From assembly GCA_014879535.1 (NCBI GenBank), contig JACSRX010000029.1, forward strand, positions 17,902 through 81,901: DNA of 64,000 nt, read 5' to 3'. Below the pieces are notes generated by a model. That model saw only the letters and a program-made list of their open reading frames with translations, searched no databases and was not told the origin of the DNA. The stretch comes from Chthoniobacterales bacterium (GTDB taxonomy: Bacteria > Verrucomicrobiota > Verrucomicrobiia > Chthoniobacterales > JACTMZ01). Both the position numbers and the translations under genes were made by a program. Every line of letters begins with the position of its first letter. The stretch's first letter is position 1. This document shows, one piece after another, positions 42,304 to 52,731 of the stretch.

Positions 42304-42426
42304 GGCACGGATGCAAGCTGCCGCCCTTGGTCGGCCCTTTCGTGGCCGGCCATGGCAGCGAAACTGCAGTGGGCTGCATTCATCAGGAATCCCGATGCAA
42401 CAGGCTCAGTGAACAGGACTTTCCCA

Positions 42427-42465
42427 TTTCATTCAATATTTTCCGAATGAAACGGAGGAAATATT
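42427..42465. promoter_or_regulatory. AT-rich interleaved inverted repeats in a divergent control region
   Basis: TTTCATTC (42427-34) pairs with GAATGAAA (42445-52), a perfect 8 bp. AATATTTTCC (42435-44) pairs with GGAAATATT (42457-65), 9 bp with a 1-nt bulge. This is the only strongly AT-rich island between the regulator gene and the PhoD-like gene. Confidence 0.4.
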
Positions 42466-42507
42466 CCTTCTTTTTCCCCGCGTGTTGGCAGGCCACGCTG
42501 GACCGGC

Positions 42508-43581
42508 ATGAAATCCGCCCCCAGTCTGCTTCTTGTCGTCCTGCTCGCCTGCACCTCCCAGGCCACACCTGAAACACTTTCAAAAATCGGATTCGGATCG
42601 TGTGCCAACGAGAAGCGGCCGCAGCCGATCTGGGATGCGGTCAACGCACTTGGTCCGGATTTGTTCATCCTGGCCGGCGACAATGTCTATGCGGACAGCG
42701 GCGATCCTGCCGTCTTGGAGGAGTCTTACCGGAAATTCGGCGAGGTGCCGGGGTGGGCCAAGCTGCGCTCGTCATGCCCCGTCGTTGCCACTTGGGACGA
42801 CCACGATTTCGGCGCCAACGACGGCGGGGCAGAATGGGAGGGGAAGCAGGCGGCCAAGGATGCCTTCATGAATTTCTTCAAGACTCCGGAGGATTCTCCC
42901 CTGCGCTCCCGTGGAGGCATCCATGATTCACGGGTGTTCGGTCCGGAGGGACGGCGGGTTCAGGTGATCCTGCTCGACACCCGGTGGTTCCGGGGGCCTC
43001 TGGAGAAGCTTTCGGCCAAGGAGCACAAGGCGCTGAAGGATGCGAAGGGCCCATGGAACGGCCCCTATATCGAGTCGGAGACGGGCGATTCCACCATGCT
43101 GGGGGAGGAGCAATGGGCGTGGCTGGAGGGTCAGCTCAAGATCCCGGCCGAACTGCGCCTGATTGTGACAAGCATCCAGGCGGTGACCATCGACCACGGA
43201 TGGGAGAAATGGGGCAACCTGCCGCGGGAACGGCGGAGACTGTTCGAACTCATCCGCACGACCGGCGCCAACGGCGTGATGTTTCTCTCGGGCGACCGGC
43301 ACACCGCCGACGTCTCGAAACTGCCCGCTTCGACGGACAGCGGCCCGGACTATCCGCTTTTCGACATCACCTCGAGCGGGTTGACCCAAGGCGGGTTCAG
43401 CCGCGAACGCAACCGCTACCGTGTCGGCACCGCGGATCCCTTCGGACAACAGAACTTCGGCTGGATCACGGTCGATTGGGATCGGGAGGATCCGGCGATC
43501 CGGATGGAGATCCGCGATGCCGACGGCAAGGTGGTGCGGGAGGCCGCGACCACGCTCGGGGAACTGAAGGCTCCTATTTGA
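42508..43581 (+). CDS. PhoD-like metallophosphatase (alkaline phosphatase D family)
   Basis: Signal peptide, then [26 protein letters not shown] and [11 protein letters not shown] metallophosphoesterase motifs. Confidence 0.8.
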   Translation: MKSAPSLLLVVLLACTSQATPETLSKIGFGSCANEKRPQPIWDAVNALGPDLFILAGDNVYADSGDPAVLEESYRKFGEVPGWAKLRSSCPVVATWDDHDFGANDGGAEWEGKQAAKDAFMNFFKTPEDSPLRSRGGIHDSRVFGPEGRRVQVILLDTRWFRGPLEKLSAKEHKALKDAKGPWNGPYIESETGDSTMLGEEQWAWLEGQLKIPAELRLIVTSIQAVTIDHGWEKWGNLPRERRRLFELIRTTGANGVMFLSGDRHTADVSKLPASTDSGPDYPLFDITSSGLTQGGFSRERNRYRVGTADPFGQQNFGWITVDWDREDPAIRMEIRDADGKVVREAATTLGELKAPI

Positions 43582-45580
43582 GCAACGGGGCGATCACGAG
43601 GCTCACGATCGACATCACGTTGATCAGGATGTTCATCGACGGACCGGCCGTGTCCTTGAGCGGATCACCGACCGTGTCGCCGACGACCGTGGCCCGGTGG
43701 GCATCCGAGTTCTTGCCGCCGTAATGGCCGTGCTCGATGTATTTCTTCGCGTTGTCCCAAGCACCGCCGGCGTTGGCCATGAACAGCGCGAGGAGAACGC
43801 AGCCGAGCAGCGCCCCGACAAGCATCCCCCCGAGCGTGGCAGCGCCGAGGCCGAAGCCGACCACCACGGGGGTTGATACCGCAATCATTGCGGGAAGGAT
43901 CATGCGCCGGATGGCGGCGTCGGTTGCGATCCTGACGCATGAGGCGGAGTCCGGCTTGCCCGTGCCTTCAAGCAGTCCCGGAATTTCGCGGAACTGACGC
44001 CGGATTTCTTCGATCATCTCCTGGGCTGCCGCCCCCACCGCAGTCATGGACAGGGCGCTGACCAGGAACGGGACAAACCCCCCGATGAAAACGCCGGTGA
44101 GGACACGCGGGTCGTTCAGGAGCAGTTGGAAGCCCGGGTTGTTGATCCTGACGACATTGATGAATGCGGCGATGATGGCCAGGGCCGCCAACGCGGCCGC
44201 CCCGATGGCGAATCCCTTCCCGATGGCGGCGGTCGTGTTGCCGACTTCGTCGAGGGCGTCCGTGATGGTTCGTGTCTGCTTGCCCAATCCGGCCATCTCG
44301 GCGATGCCCCCCGCATTGTCCGCGATGGGACCGTAAGCATCGATGCTCATCGTGATGCCTATGGTTGCAAGCATTCCGACCGCGGCGATCCCCACCCCGT
44401 AAAGCCCCGCAAAATGACTCGCACCGAGGATGACAAAGGCCACCACGGCCAAGGGAATGACCACCGACACCATGCCGACAGCAAGGCCGCGGATCATGAC
44501 AGTGGCCACGCCGGTGAGCGCCGCCTTGGAGATCGAACGCATCGGGGCGCCTCCGGTGTAGAATTCCGTGGAGAGTCCGATGACAATTCCACCAACGGAG
44601 CCCAAGAGAACACACACCCAGACATTCAGGTTGATCCCCAAGCCGTAAATGACGGCGGCCGCAGCGGCGACAAAAAGCGCCGCCGCGCCGACGGTCCCCG
44701 TGCGCAATGCACGTGCCGGCTGCTTGCCCGAGGAGACACGAACAAGGGTGATGCCTGCGAGGGAACAAAGCAGTCCGGTCGATGCGAGCGCCAGCGGGAG
44801 GAACATGATGCTGTTCCGTGCCCCGGCAATCTCCCCCCATTGCGCGATGGTCAGGGTCGCCGCTATGGCCATCGAGGCGATCATGGCGTTGCAATAGGAC
44901 TCGAACAAGTCGGCCCCCATGCCGGCGACATCACCCACGTTGTCACCCACGTTGTCGGCAATGACCCCCGGATTGCGCGGATCGTCCTCGGGAATGCCGG
45001 ATTCCACCTTGCCCACGAGGTCGGCCCCGACGTCCGCCGCCTTGGTGAAAATGCCGCCGCCGATGCGGTAGAAGATCGCCACCATCGAGGCGCCCATGGC
45101 GAACCCGTGGATGATGTGCACGTCCTTCTCGGTCTCGCCGAAGAAGAGGAAAAGGCCGCCCACCCCCAGCAACCCCATCGAGGCCACCGTGAGCCCCATG
45201 ATCGTGCCGCCGAAAAACGCGGTGGTCAGGGCCGCACCCGAGCCCTTGTTGTGCGCCGCCATCGCGGTGCGGACATTGACATGGGTTGCAGAATACATGC
45301 CGATGTAGCCGGCGATCGACGAGGCCGAGGCCCCGAGGAAGAACGCAAGCGACTCCCACGGGTCCTTGAAGACCAGCAGCCCGCCGACCACGACAGCGAA
45401 TCCGGCGATGAGCGACAGCTCGCGACGCATGAAAACCATCGCCCCGGAGTGGATCTCCCCGGCGATTTCCGCCACGCGCCCCTCCCCGCCGGATTCGGCG
45501 ACGAGGCGGCGATACGTGATGAAGGCGATGGCCAACCCGGCAATGCCGAGCAACGGAACGATGAGGTGCAACTTTTCCAT
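43574..45580 (-). CDS. hppA: Membrane-bound ion-translocating pyrophosphatase
   Basis: 668 aa. [39 protein letters not shown] and [14 protein letters not shown] motifs. The Ala in [10 protein letters not shown] suggests the K+-dependent subclass. Confidence 0.9.
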   Translation of the reverse strand: MEKLHLIVPLLGIAGLAIAFITYRRLVAESGGEGRVAEIAGEIHSGAMVFMRRELSLIAGFAVVVGGLLVFKDPWESLAFFLGASASSIAGYIGMYSATHVNVRTAMAAHNKGSGAALTTAFFGGTIMGLTVASMGLLGVGGLFLFFGETEKDVHIIHGFAMGASMVAIFYRIGGGIFTKAADVGADLVGKVESGIPEDDPRNPGVIADNVGDNVGDVAGMGADLFESYCNAMIASMAIAATLTIAQWGEIAGARNSIMFLPLALASTGLLCSLAGITLVRVSSGKQPARALRTGTVGAAALFVAAAAAVIYGLGINLNVWVCVLLGSVGGIVIGLSTEFYTGGAPMRSISKAALTGVATVMIRGLAVGMVSVVIPLAVVAFVILGASHFAGLYGVGIAAVGMLATIGITMSIDAYGPIADNAGGIAEMAGLGKQTRTITDALDEVGNTTAAIGKGFAIGAAALAALAIIAAFINVVRINNPGFQLLLNDPRVLTGVFIGGFVPFLVSALSMTAVGAAAQEMIEEIRRQFREIPGLLEGTGKPDSASCVRIATDAAIRRMILPAMIAVSTPVVVGFGLGAATLGGMLVGALLGCVLLALFMANAGGAWDNAKKYIEHGHYGGKNSDAHRATVVGDTVGDPLKDTAGPSMNILINVMSIVSLVIAPLLK

Positions 45581-45611
45581 AAAGGGGGGGATTCTGCGGG
45601 ATGGACGGACG

Positions 45612-46388
45612 TCAGTAGCCGCGCAACGCCTGCGCCGAATGCCACCACAGGTTGTGCTTACTCTCGAGTTCGTCCTCGGACAACATCGGGAAATAGCGGA
45701 GGCCGGTTTTGTCCCCCACGAAGAGTCCCTTGCGAATGAACGAAAACAGGATGTCCGGCCGGAGCCCTCGGTTGACGATCTTGGTCATGCGCTCCGGATT
45801 GTCGCGCAACGACAACAGGCATTCCCGCAGGTGGTCGATGTGCTGGTATGGCATCCGCCCATCAAGTTCCGCAGACGGATCCTTTCCGAGAGCACCGAGT
45901 TTCATGTCTATGAACGCAAGGCGCGGAATCGACACCATTTTGTCCGGCGAGGCGACCAGTTCGCAGAAGGCACGCGGCTCGAGTCGGCTGGCGACCCGCG
46001 GGTAAACGGGGCCGAGCTCCTGATAGAGGAAAAACTTGTCGCCACCGTCTGCCTTCCACTCGGCAGGTTCAAGGGCGAGCGTCAATCCCGCCGGCGTCGT
46101 CAAATACGCCCTGCGCAACGCCGCCAAGGGCACCTGGGGCAGCACATTGAACACCGCGATGTAGATGGAGCGGCGCAGGGAGCCGTCCTTGTGCGCGATG
46201 CAGCGCTGCTCGGCCTCGGCGATGCGGAAGGCCGAAAGATCGCCCCCGGGATCCACTTCGAGGAAGACTGCAGGTCCCTCGATCTGCCTCTTGGAGCCGG
46301 TGGCCATATACGCCCCGAATTTCTCCGGCGGCAGTTGCGACATGATCAGGGCCTCGGGAATCAGGGAGAGGTAGAGGTATCTTTGCAT
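45612..46388 (-). CDS. Conserved-looking hypothetical protein (no family recognised)
   Basis: 258-aa ORF with coding-like composition, tightly packed between the exonuclease gene and hppA on the same strand. I recognise no motif. Confidence 0.6.
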   Translation of the reverse strand: MQRYLYLSLIPEALIMSQLPPEKFGAYMATGSKRQIEGPAVFLEVDPGGDLSAFRIAEAEQRCIAHKDGSLRRSIYIAVFNVLPQVPLAALRRAYLTTPAGLTLALEPAEWKADGGDKFFLYQELGPVYPRVASRLEPRAFCELVASPDKMVSIPRLAFIDMKLGALGKDPSAELDGRMPYQHIDHLRECLLSLRDNPERMTKIVNRGLRPDILFSFIRKGLFVGDKTGLRYFPMLSEDELESKHNLWWHSAQALRGY

Positions 46389-46454
46389 GGGAGGAAGCAG
46401 GGAGGTTATCCATCACGCATCCTCCAAGGCAAAACACAAAATTCGCCCGCAAAC

Positions 46455-47114
46455 TCAGCGCCCCGCCTGCCAGCCGGCACCCCGGGCGGCATCCAAGACA
46501 CCGCGATGCCGCCGGTAAGCCGTGGCATCAAGCCCGAGCAACTGCCCCACACGCATTCCCCCAAGATCCAGCTGGTGCACCATCCGCCTCAGGAAAACGA
46601 GGCATGCCACCGCGTCGAAAAGCGCATCATGCCAGGACAGCCGGGGGCACAACCCCCTGACTTCATCCTCCAAACCCAGTGCGCCGACCACCGTTCCAAG
46701 CGCATGGTCAGGCAGGTTGGGCAGCAGCGCGCGCGCGATCGGCAGCGTATCGATCCACGGACCGAACCCGTGCAACGGGAATGCCCGCAGGAAGCGCCTC
46801 TCCGTTCCCGCACCATGGGCCACCACCGCCGCCCCGGCGAGCCGCGATTTGACCTCCGGCCACAGCGAGGCCATCAACGGCGCCGAAGCAACATCCTCGT
46901 CGGTGATCCCGTGAACCACGCGTGCGGCCCGCGTGATGCGCGCGCCGGAACGCACATGGCTGCGGAAAAAGTCCCCCGGGGGGGCATCCCCTCCCCGCCA
47001 CACGGCAATGCCCACCTGGACCGGTTCGTCGGTGCGCCCGGGGGCGGTGCCGGCACTTTCAAAATCCACCGCGGCCCATGCCGCCTCCCGCACCGGCGTG
47101 TCGAGCACGCTCAT
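46455..47114 (-). CDS. DnaQ-like DEDDh 3'-5' exonuclease
   Basis: Start at ATG 47114, directly after the upstream stop. AAVDFESAG (Exo I), VVAHGAGTERRFL (Exo II-like) and WHDALFDAVACLVFL (Exo III HxxxD). Confidence 0.7.
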   Translation of the reverse strand: MSVLDTPVREAAWAAVDFESAGTAPGRTDEPVQVGIAVWRGGDAPPGDFFRSHVRSGARITRAARVVHGITDEDVASAPLMASLWPEVKSRLAGAAVVAHGAGTERRFLRAFPLHGFGPWIDTLPIARALLPNLPDHALGTVVGALGLEDEVRGLCPRLSWHDALFDAVACLVFLRRMVHQLDLGGMRVGQLLGLDATAYRRHRGVLDAARGAGWQAGR

Positions 47115-48217
47115 CGCACCGCAAGCCGCAGACCTCCCCGGATTTTGCGCTCGCTGGCCGCCGCGGACCGCAGGAGCCTTTCGGTGGTCTTCCAGTCGAT
47201 GCAACCGTCGGTCACGGAGACCCCGTAGCGCAGGTTGACGCCGGTCAGGGGCTGGTTGCCCTCCTCGATGTAACTCTCAAGCATGGCTCCTATGATCGAG
47301 GTGCGACCACGGCGCCGCTGGGCGAGCACGTTGCGCCACACGATGGTTTGGCGGCGGGGGCTCTTGGCGGAATTTGCATGGCTGCAATCGATCATGAACC
47401 CGGGCTGCAATCCGGCCGCACGCAGGCGGCGCTCCGTCTCCGCCGTGTGACGCGAGCGGTAGTTCGCCCCCTCACGTCCACCCCGGAGAACGACATGGCT
47501 GTCGGGATTTCCCGCCGTGCTGACCACGCTCGAGAAGCCATCCTGATCGATGCCGAGAAAGCTGTGCGGAGAGCGGGCCGCCAACAGGGCATCCAACGCG
47601 GTCTGGATGCTGCCATCGGTGCTGTTCTTGAAGCCGACAGGCATGGAAAGCCCGCTGGCCATTTCCCGGTGGGTCTGCGACTCGGTCGTGCGTGCACCGA
47701 TCGCCGACCAACTCACCACGTCGCCGATGTATTGCGGCACGATCGGATCAAGGAACTCGGTCCCCGTGGGGAGCCCCATCGACGTGATCTCGAGAAGGAT
47801 CTTCCGCGCCAGCCGCAATCCGGCCTCCAAGTCGCAGGAGTCGTCCATGCGCGGGTCGTTGATCAACCCTTTCCACCCCACCGTGGTGCGGGGCTTTTCG
47901 AAATACACGCGCATGAATATGCACACCGCGTCGGCGAGCTCCCCGCGGAGGGCGGCAAGACGCTGCGCGTAATCGAGTGCTCCGGCGGGATCATGGATGG
48001 AGCATGGCCCGACAATGGCCAGCAACCTCGTGTCGCGACCATGAAGGATCGCTTGGGCTTCCGCGCGGCCGCGGGCGACCGTCTGGAGCGTGGCCCGCGG
48101 GACCTTCAGCTCCCTCTTGACCTGCCGCGGTGTGGTGAGACGGACAAGCCGGCGCACCCGGACGTCTTCGAGTGGATGCTGTGCAGCGGTTTTGGCGGGA
48201 CTGACTTTTCTTGGCAT
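47111..48217 (-). CDS. aroG: Class I 3-deoxy-7-phosphoheptulonate (DAHP) synthase
   Basis: LAIVGPCSIHD, VYFEKPRTTVGWKG and FMIDCSHANS motifs. The isozyme type (G/F/H) cannot be told from sequence alone. Confidence 0.85.
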   Translation of the reverse strand: MPRKVSPAKTAAQHPLEDVRVRRLVRLTTPRQVKRELKVPRATLQTVARGRAEAQAILHGRDTRLLAIVGPCSIHDPAGALDYAQRLAALRGELADAVCIFMRVYFEKPRTTVGWKGLINDPRMDDSCDLEAGLRLARKILLEITSMGLPTGTEFLDPIVPQYIGDVVSWSAIGARTTESQTHREMASGLSMPVGFKNSTDGSIQTALDALLAARSPHSFLGIDQDGFSSVVSTAGNPDSHVVLRGGREGANYRSRHTAETERRLRAAGLQPGFMIDCSHANSAKSPRRQTIVWRNVLAQRRRGRTSIIGAMLESYIEEGNQPLTGVNLRYGVSVTDGCIDWKTTERLLRSAAASERKIRGGLRLAVR

Positions 48218-48326
48218 GAAGCGTTCCTCGTGAAACCCGCCATTAAGCCCCATGATCCGTCGCGGCGCAATTCACGACTTGCGCAAAGACTTTGCCGCCA
48301 GTCACCGGCACGGTTAATTTGCCGGC

Positions 48327-51300
48327 ATGGCAGTCGGCAAATCCCAGCGACCAGCCGGCTTAGGACGCCGGTTGGAGGGCACGCTGCGCAATTTTTACCG
48401 GGCCCGCCGGGCCGGCGAATCCCTGCTGCGTCGCGCACTCAGGCGCCCACGCACGGTGACCGAGGGGCCCAACCTTCTCCCGCTTCTCATCAAGGTGCTT
48501 GCCGGATTTGCAAAAGTGGACGGCGAGCTGCTTGAGGAAGAGATCGATTCCAGTCTCGGGTTCCTGCGCTACGACTACCCGGAGGCGGTCTATTCCGAAC
48601 TGCGCCAGCTTTTCCGTCAGGCCCTGCATGAGAAATCGGATTTCTCGGCCATGGCGAGGGAGTTGCGCGGCAAACTGAGCGAGGACCGGAAAATCCTGCT
48701 GGGCATCCAGCTTTACGACCTTGTGCACCGTGCCGGGATGAACCGGGACAACATGGCCGCCTACTACTCGTTCATGGAGCAGTTGGGGACAGCCTCGCAG
48801 GCGATAGACATCGTCTATCAGCTCAACAGCGATACCCCCACCCCTCCGGGCGACTTCCTCGATCCGGGATCCTCGCCGCTGGAGGTCATAACATTCGGTT
48901 CGGACAACGACTCGGACGTGCAACTGCGGGAACTTTCCGGCGACAACCGCATCGCCGCTTACCGTCACGGCGAGCTGCTTCTGGTGAAGAACCTCTGCGA
49001 CCATCCGATCTCGGTGCAGGGGCGGGCGCTGCGCCCGAAGGAGTTTTCCCGGGTCTATCCCGGCCAGCGCATCGTGGTGGACGAGAAGGTTCTCACCCAC
49101 CAGGACCTTGTCTTTTATTTCAACGCCAAGAAGAACCTTTCGCTCGCCCATATCTTCATCACGGTCTCCAAGGAGAACGAAATCCAGCTCGAGAAATCGC
49201 GCACACGGGACAGCAGCCTCGAGGTCAGTTTCGGACTCAAGGTCAAGGTGACCGCGCTCAAGGATGTCGCGGCGGAACTCGACGGCACCAGACTCAGGGC
49301 CGGCGCCGAGGTCGAAACCACGCTCGAGGACAAGATCATCTTCGACAACGACACCGAGCTGGCCCTCAGTGACCTGCGCCGGCACGCGCGCTCCTACGGG
49401 GGGCGATTCCACCTCAAGCACTCCAAGACAACTTATCTTGTTTCAAACAACCCGTCCCTCCTCGACGAGGACGACATCCTTCTCGCCCCCGGGGCGGGCG
49501 GGGACATCCTTCTCCGGATCTTCTGCGACTTCGAGGAGAAGGTCGGGCGCCTCGAGGTCCTCAAAAGCGACCATCCCATCCTCGTTGGCGACCTCCCTGT
49601 GCGCAACGCGACCCCCCTTCGCGACGGGGACCGCATCCAGATCGATGCCAACCAGGCCCTGCACTGCAACTTTTCGGAGCGCCTCATCGAGGAGGAGCGC
49701 AATGTCATCCATCATCTCGACGCGCGCGACCTCGTCTGCCGCTTCAAGAACGGCGAGGTGGGCCTCGATGGCATCACCTTCTCGGCGACGCGAGGCGAGA
49801 TGATCTGCGTGATGGGCGCCAGCGGCTGCGGCAAGAGCAGCCTGCTCCGCGCTCTTTCGGGCCAGCTTCCCCCGGTGCGCGGCGAGGTGCTTTTCAACGG
49901 CCTCTCCCTCTACGAGAATTTCGACAGCCTCAAGCAATACGTCACCTACATCCCGCAGTTCGACGCCTTCGACGAACATCTGACCATCGGGGAAAACCTC
50001 GATTTCGCCGCGGCCATCCGCTCGCCCTACCTCTCCAACCGCGAGCGCTCGCGACGCATCGACGGCAAGCTGGCGGAACTCGGACTCAACGAGCGCCGCG
50101 ACAGCGTGGTGGGCGCCAGCCACAAGAAGACGCTCAGCGGCGGCGAGCGCAAGCGGCTCAACATCGGCCTCGACATGATCGGCTCCGCCGACATCTACCT
50201 CTTCGACGAACCCACCTCGGGTCTTTCCTCGAAGGACTCCGAGCACGTGATGGAGATCATCCGCGCGATGGCGCACAACAAGATCGTCATCGTCACGATC
50301 CACCAGCCGAGTTCGAAGATCTTCCAGATGTTCAACAAGGCCATGCTGCTCGACCGCGGCGGCCGCATGGTCTTCTTCGGCACTCCCGGCGAGATGCTTT
50401 CCTATTTCGCCGAGGCAGAGCACCAGCAGCACTTCGGCACGCCGCTCGGCGGGTGCCCCGCCTGCGGCACGACACGGCCGGAGTTCGTGTTCGACGTCCT
50501 CGAGACCCCCCTCCGGGATCTGGGCGGCGACGTGATCTACGAGGAGAACAACCGGGGCCAGCTCGTGCCCGTGCGGCGCTATTCCCCGGAGTTCTGGAGG
50601 GACAAATACGAGGCGTGGCGACTGATGCGGGATGTCCGCCAGCCGTCCGCCGAACCTCCAGCCCCCGATGCCGGCGCCGTGTTTGCCGAGCCCGTCCGTT
50701 CGTGGCGGGCATTCTTCCGGGAGGAATTCCTGCAGCTTCGCACGCTGTTGGCTCGGGCCTTCATCAGCAAGCTCCGCAACCGTGGCAACCTGCTCACAAC
50801 CATGGTGGAGGCGCCGCTGCTGGCCGCCCTCATCGGCGCCGTGCTGCGGTATTCTGAGGACGGCAACTACGATTTTGCATCCTCTTTCCATATCCCGACC
50901 TACCTCTTCCTTTCGCTCGTGGTCGCCATGTTCCTCGGATTGACCAACAGCGTGGACGACATCATACGCGACCGCCCCGTCCTTCAGCGGGAGCGAAACC
51001 TCAACGTGCGTCTCGGGTATTACATCCTGGCCAAGGTGTTGACCCTTTCGCTTTTCGCCGTCGTGCAGTGCGTGCTTTTCATCCTCATCGGCAACCAGAT
51101 CCTCGAGGTGCGCGGGATGTTCTGGATCTTCCTTGCGGCGATGGTGCTCACGGCGGTGAGCGGCATCGCCATCGGCCTCCTCATCTCGAGCCTCGTCAGC
51201 GAGGGCAAAACCGCCGTGAACATCATCCCGATCGTGCTGATCCCGCAGATCATCCTCGGGGGGGCCCTGATCAAATACGAGGAGATGAACAAGAACCTGG

Positions 51301-51926
51301 ACTTCGTTTACTCGATCAGCCGCTGGTTTTCCGAGCATCCGGACGCCGGTGTTCCACGAAGCGACCTCCAGGTGCCGCTCATTTGCGAGTTCATGCCCAT
51401 GCGCTGGTCGTATGAGGCCCTTGTTTACGCCCAAGCCAAGCTCAATCCGCTGACGGGACGCCAAGAGCAGATCCAACACCAGATCAACACCCTGGCAAGG
51501 ACACCCGACCTCGCTGCGGCCGAGCAGGAACGCTTGGAGGATCTGAAGGAGCTCCTGGCGGCCCTGTCCGGGCTCCAAGGACGTGACGTCGCCCACGTGG
51601 AGAAGCGCATGCGTCGCATCGATCGGGTGATCGCCGGCGAGGCGTTGCCCGGAAATCTGCTCGATCCGTTCTACGGGGGCGTTTCTGCCGAGCGGCTTTT
51701 CGTGAACCAGAAGATCACCGACCTCGTCAACAAGGCCGAGATGGAGCAGAGTGATTACCGCGAGAGCCGTTTCCTCAACGTGTTTTTCGGACCCGAGAAG
51801 CGCTACTTCGGCCTGCAGGCCAACGTGCTGGCATTCAACGCATGGGTTCTCGTCATTTCTTCCCTCGCGATGTTCCAGGCGCTCTACTTCATCCTGCGCC
51901 ATCAATTGAAGACCCGGGTTGTATGA
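48327..51926 (+). CDS. Fused ABC transporter (ATPase + ABC-2/ABCG-type permease) with an N-terminal TerB-like domain and FHA-like segments
   Basis: 1199 aa. N-terminus LIKVLAGFAKVDGELLEEEIDSSLGFL (TerB/DjlA-N-like). Two beta-rich FHA-like stretches. Walker A GASGCGKSS, signature LSGGERKRL, Walker B IYLFDEPTSGL. C-terminal 6-TM ABC-2 region. Confidence 0.8.
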   Translation: MAVGKSQRPAGLGRRLEGTLRNFYRARRAGESLLRRALRRPRTVTEGPNLLPLLIKVLAGFAKVDGELLEEEIDSSLGFLRYDYPEAVYSELRQLFRQALHEKSDFSAMARELRGKLSEDRKILLGIQLYDLVHRAGMNRDNMAAYYSFMEQLGTASQAIDIVYQLNSDTPTPPGDFLDPGSSPLEVITFGSDNDSDVQLRELSGDNRIAAYRHGELLLVKNLCDHPISVQGRALRPKEFSRVYPGQRIVVDEKVLTHQDLVFYFNAKKNLSLAHIFITVSKENEIQLEKSRTRDSSLEVSFGLKVKVTALKDVAAELDGTRLRAGAEVETTLEDKIIFDNDTELALSDLRRHARSYGGRFHLKHSKTTYLVSNNPSLLDEDDILLAPGAGGDILLRIFCDFEEKVGRLEVLKSDHPILVGDLPVRNATPLRDGDRIQIDANQALHCNFSERLIEEERNVIHHLDARDLVCRFKNGEVGLDGITFSATRGEMICVMGASGCGKSSLLRALSGQLPPVRGEVLFNGLSLYENFDSLKQYVTYIPQFDAFDEHLTIGENLDFAAAIRSPYLSNRERSRRIDGKLAELGLNERRDSVVGASHKKTLSGGERKRLNIGLDMIGSADIYLFDEPTSGLSSKDSEHVMEIIRAMAHNKIVIVTIHQPSSKIFQMFNKAMLLDRGGRMVFFGTPGEMLSYFAEAEHQQHFGTPLGGCPACGTTRPEFVFDVLETPLRDLGGDVIYEENNRGQLVPVRRYSPEFWRDKYEAWRLMRDVRQPSAEPPAPDAGAVFAEPVRSWRAFFREEFLQLRTLLARAFISKLRNRGNLLTTMVEAPLLAALIGAVLRYSEDGNYDFASSFHIPTYLFLSLVVAMFLGLTNSVDDIIRDRPVLQRERNLNVRLGYYILAKVLTLSLFAVVQCVLFILIGNQILEVRGMFWIFLAAMVLTAVSGIAIGLLISSLVSEGKTAVNIIPIVLIPQIILGGALIKYEEMNKNLDFVYSISRWFSEHPDAGVPRSDLQVPLICEFMPMRWSYEALVYAQAKLNPLTGRQEQIQHQINTLARTPDLAAAEQERLEDLKELLAALSGLQGRDVAHVEKRMRRIDRVIAGEALPGNLLDPFYGGVSAERLFVNQKITDLVNKAEMEQSDYRESRFLNVFFGPEKRYFGLQANVLAFNAWVLVISSLAMFQALYFILRHQLKTRVV

Positions 51927-52726
51927 TTCCCTTGGAAGACAACTTTGCCGATGTGCTCGGAAAGGCCCTCGCCGGACTGGGACTCACGGAGCATGCCGCG
52001 GCGGCCAAGGCGGGGCTCGCTCCCCGCGATGTGCAGTCCCTGCTGTCGGGGGAATTCTGCGAGGAGAAGGCCCGCGCGCTGGCCTCCGCACTTTCGCTCA
52101 ATGCCGAGGCCCTCGTCCGTCTCGGCCGCGGGGAATACCATCCCGACGTCGCCCCCCCGGGAAACCTCGCATGTGTCACGACAGACTTCCAGGGGATGTC
52201 AGTGAATGCCTACGTGTTGTGGGATCCGAACAACCACGATGCGGCCATCTTCGACACGGGGGCGGATGCCGCGCCGGTTCTGGATATCGTGCGGGCCGAA
52301 GAACTCAATGTTCTGGGCCTGTTCCTGACCCACAGCCATGCCGACCACATCCATGCCTTGGCGAAGCTGAAGACCGCCTTGGGCATTGATGCCTGGTCAT
52401 CCGTGTTCGACCCGGTGCGCGGGACTCACACTTTCCGTCCCGGAGATCTCTTCACGGCCGGCTGCCACTTCATCAGGACGCGTCACACCTCCGGCCACAG
52501 CCCCGGAGGGGCAACCTTCGTCATTGAGGGGGCCGAAGTTGGCGTGGCCATCGTGGGAGACGCCTTGTTTGCCGGCTCGATCGGCGGAGCGCGCAACAAT
52601 TACGAGGAGGCCCTGACCAACATCCGCCGGGAGATCATGACCCTGCCCGACGACACCATCCTTTGTCCCGGGCACGGGCCCCTGACCGCGGTCGGCCTGG
52701 AAAAGGCCAACAACCCGTTCCTGTAG
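51923..52726 (+). CDS. MBL-fold metallo-hydrolase with an N-terminal HTH-like segment
   Basis: Start at ATG 51923 (ATGA overlap with the ABC stop). N-terminal LGLTEHAAAAKAGLAPRDVQSLLSGE looks XRE-HTH-like. LFLTHSHADH is the metallo-beta-lactamase motif. Confidence 0.7.
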   Translation: MIPLEDNFADVLGKALAGLGLTEHAAAAKAGLAPRDVQSLLSGEFCEEKARALASALSLNAEALVRLGRGEYHPDVAPPGNLACVTTDFQGMSVNAYVLWDPNNHDAAIFDTGADAAPVLDIVRAEELNVLGLFLTHSHADHIHALAKLKTALGIDAWSSVFDPVRGTHTFRPGDLFTAGCHFIRTRHTSGHSPGGATFVIEGAEVGVAIVGDALFAGSIGGARNNYEEALTNIRREIMTLPDDTILCPGHGPLTAVGLEKANNPFL

Positions 52727-52731
52727 GCCGC

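Noticed and set aside
43574-43581. 8-nt overlap of the convergent PhoD-like and hppA 3' ends
   Set aside because: Short convergent overlaps are common in compact genomes. No hairpin or other signal was seen there.
46966-46982. C5G7 run (CCCCCGGGGGGG) inside the exonuclease gene as a phase-variation tract
   Set aside because: The runs are shorter than 8, it is a self-complementary GC stretch typical of high-GC coding DNA, and the gene is not surface-related.
49443-51905. 820-aa minus-strand ORF antisense to the ABC transporter. Similar long antisense ORFs occur at 56777-59239 (dnaE), 52663-54996 (DUF2723), 44126-45739 and 45366-47228 (hppA region), 40203-41810, 38119-39129 and 61883-62989 (prc).
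   Set aside because: In each case the opposite strand encodes a protein with unmistakable family motifs. The antisense translations are low-complexity (R, G, H, P, D rich), as expected from stop-codon depletion in high-GC DNA.
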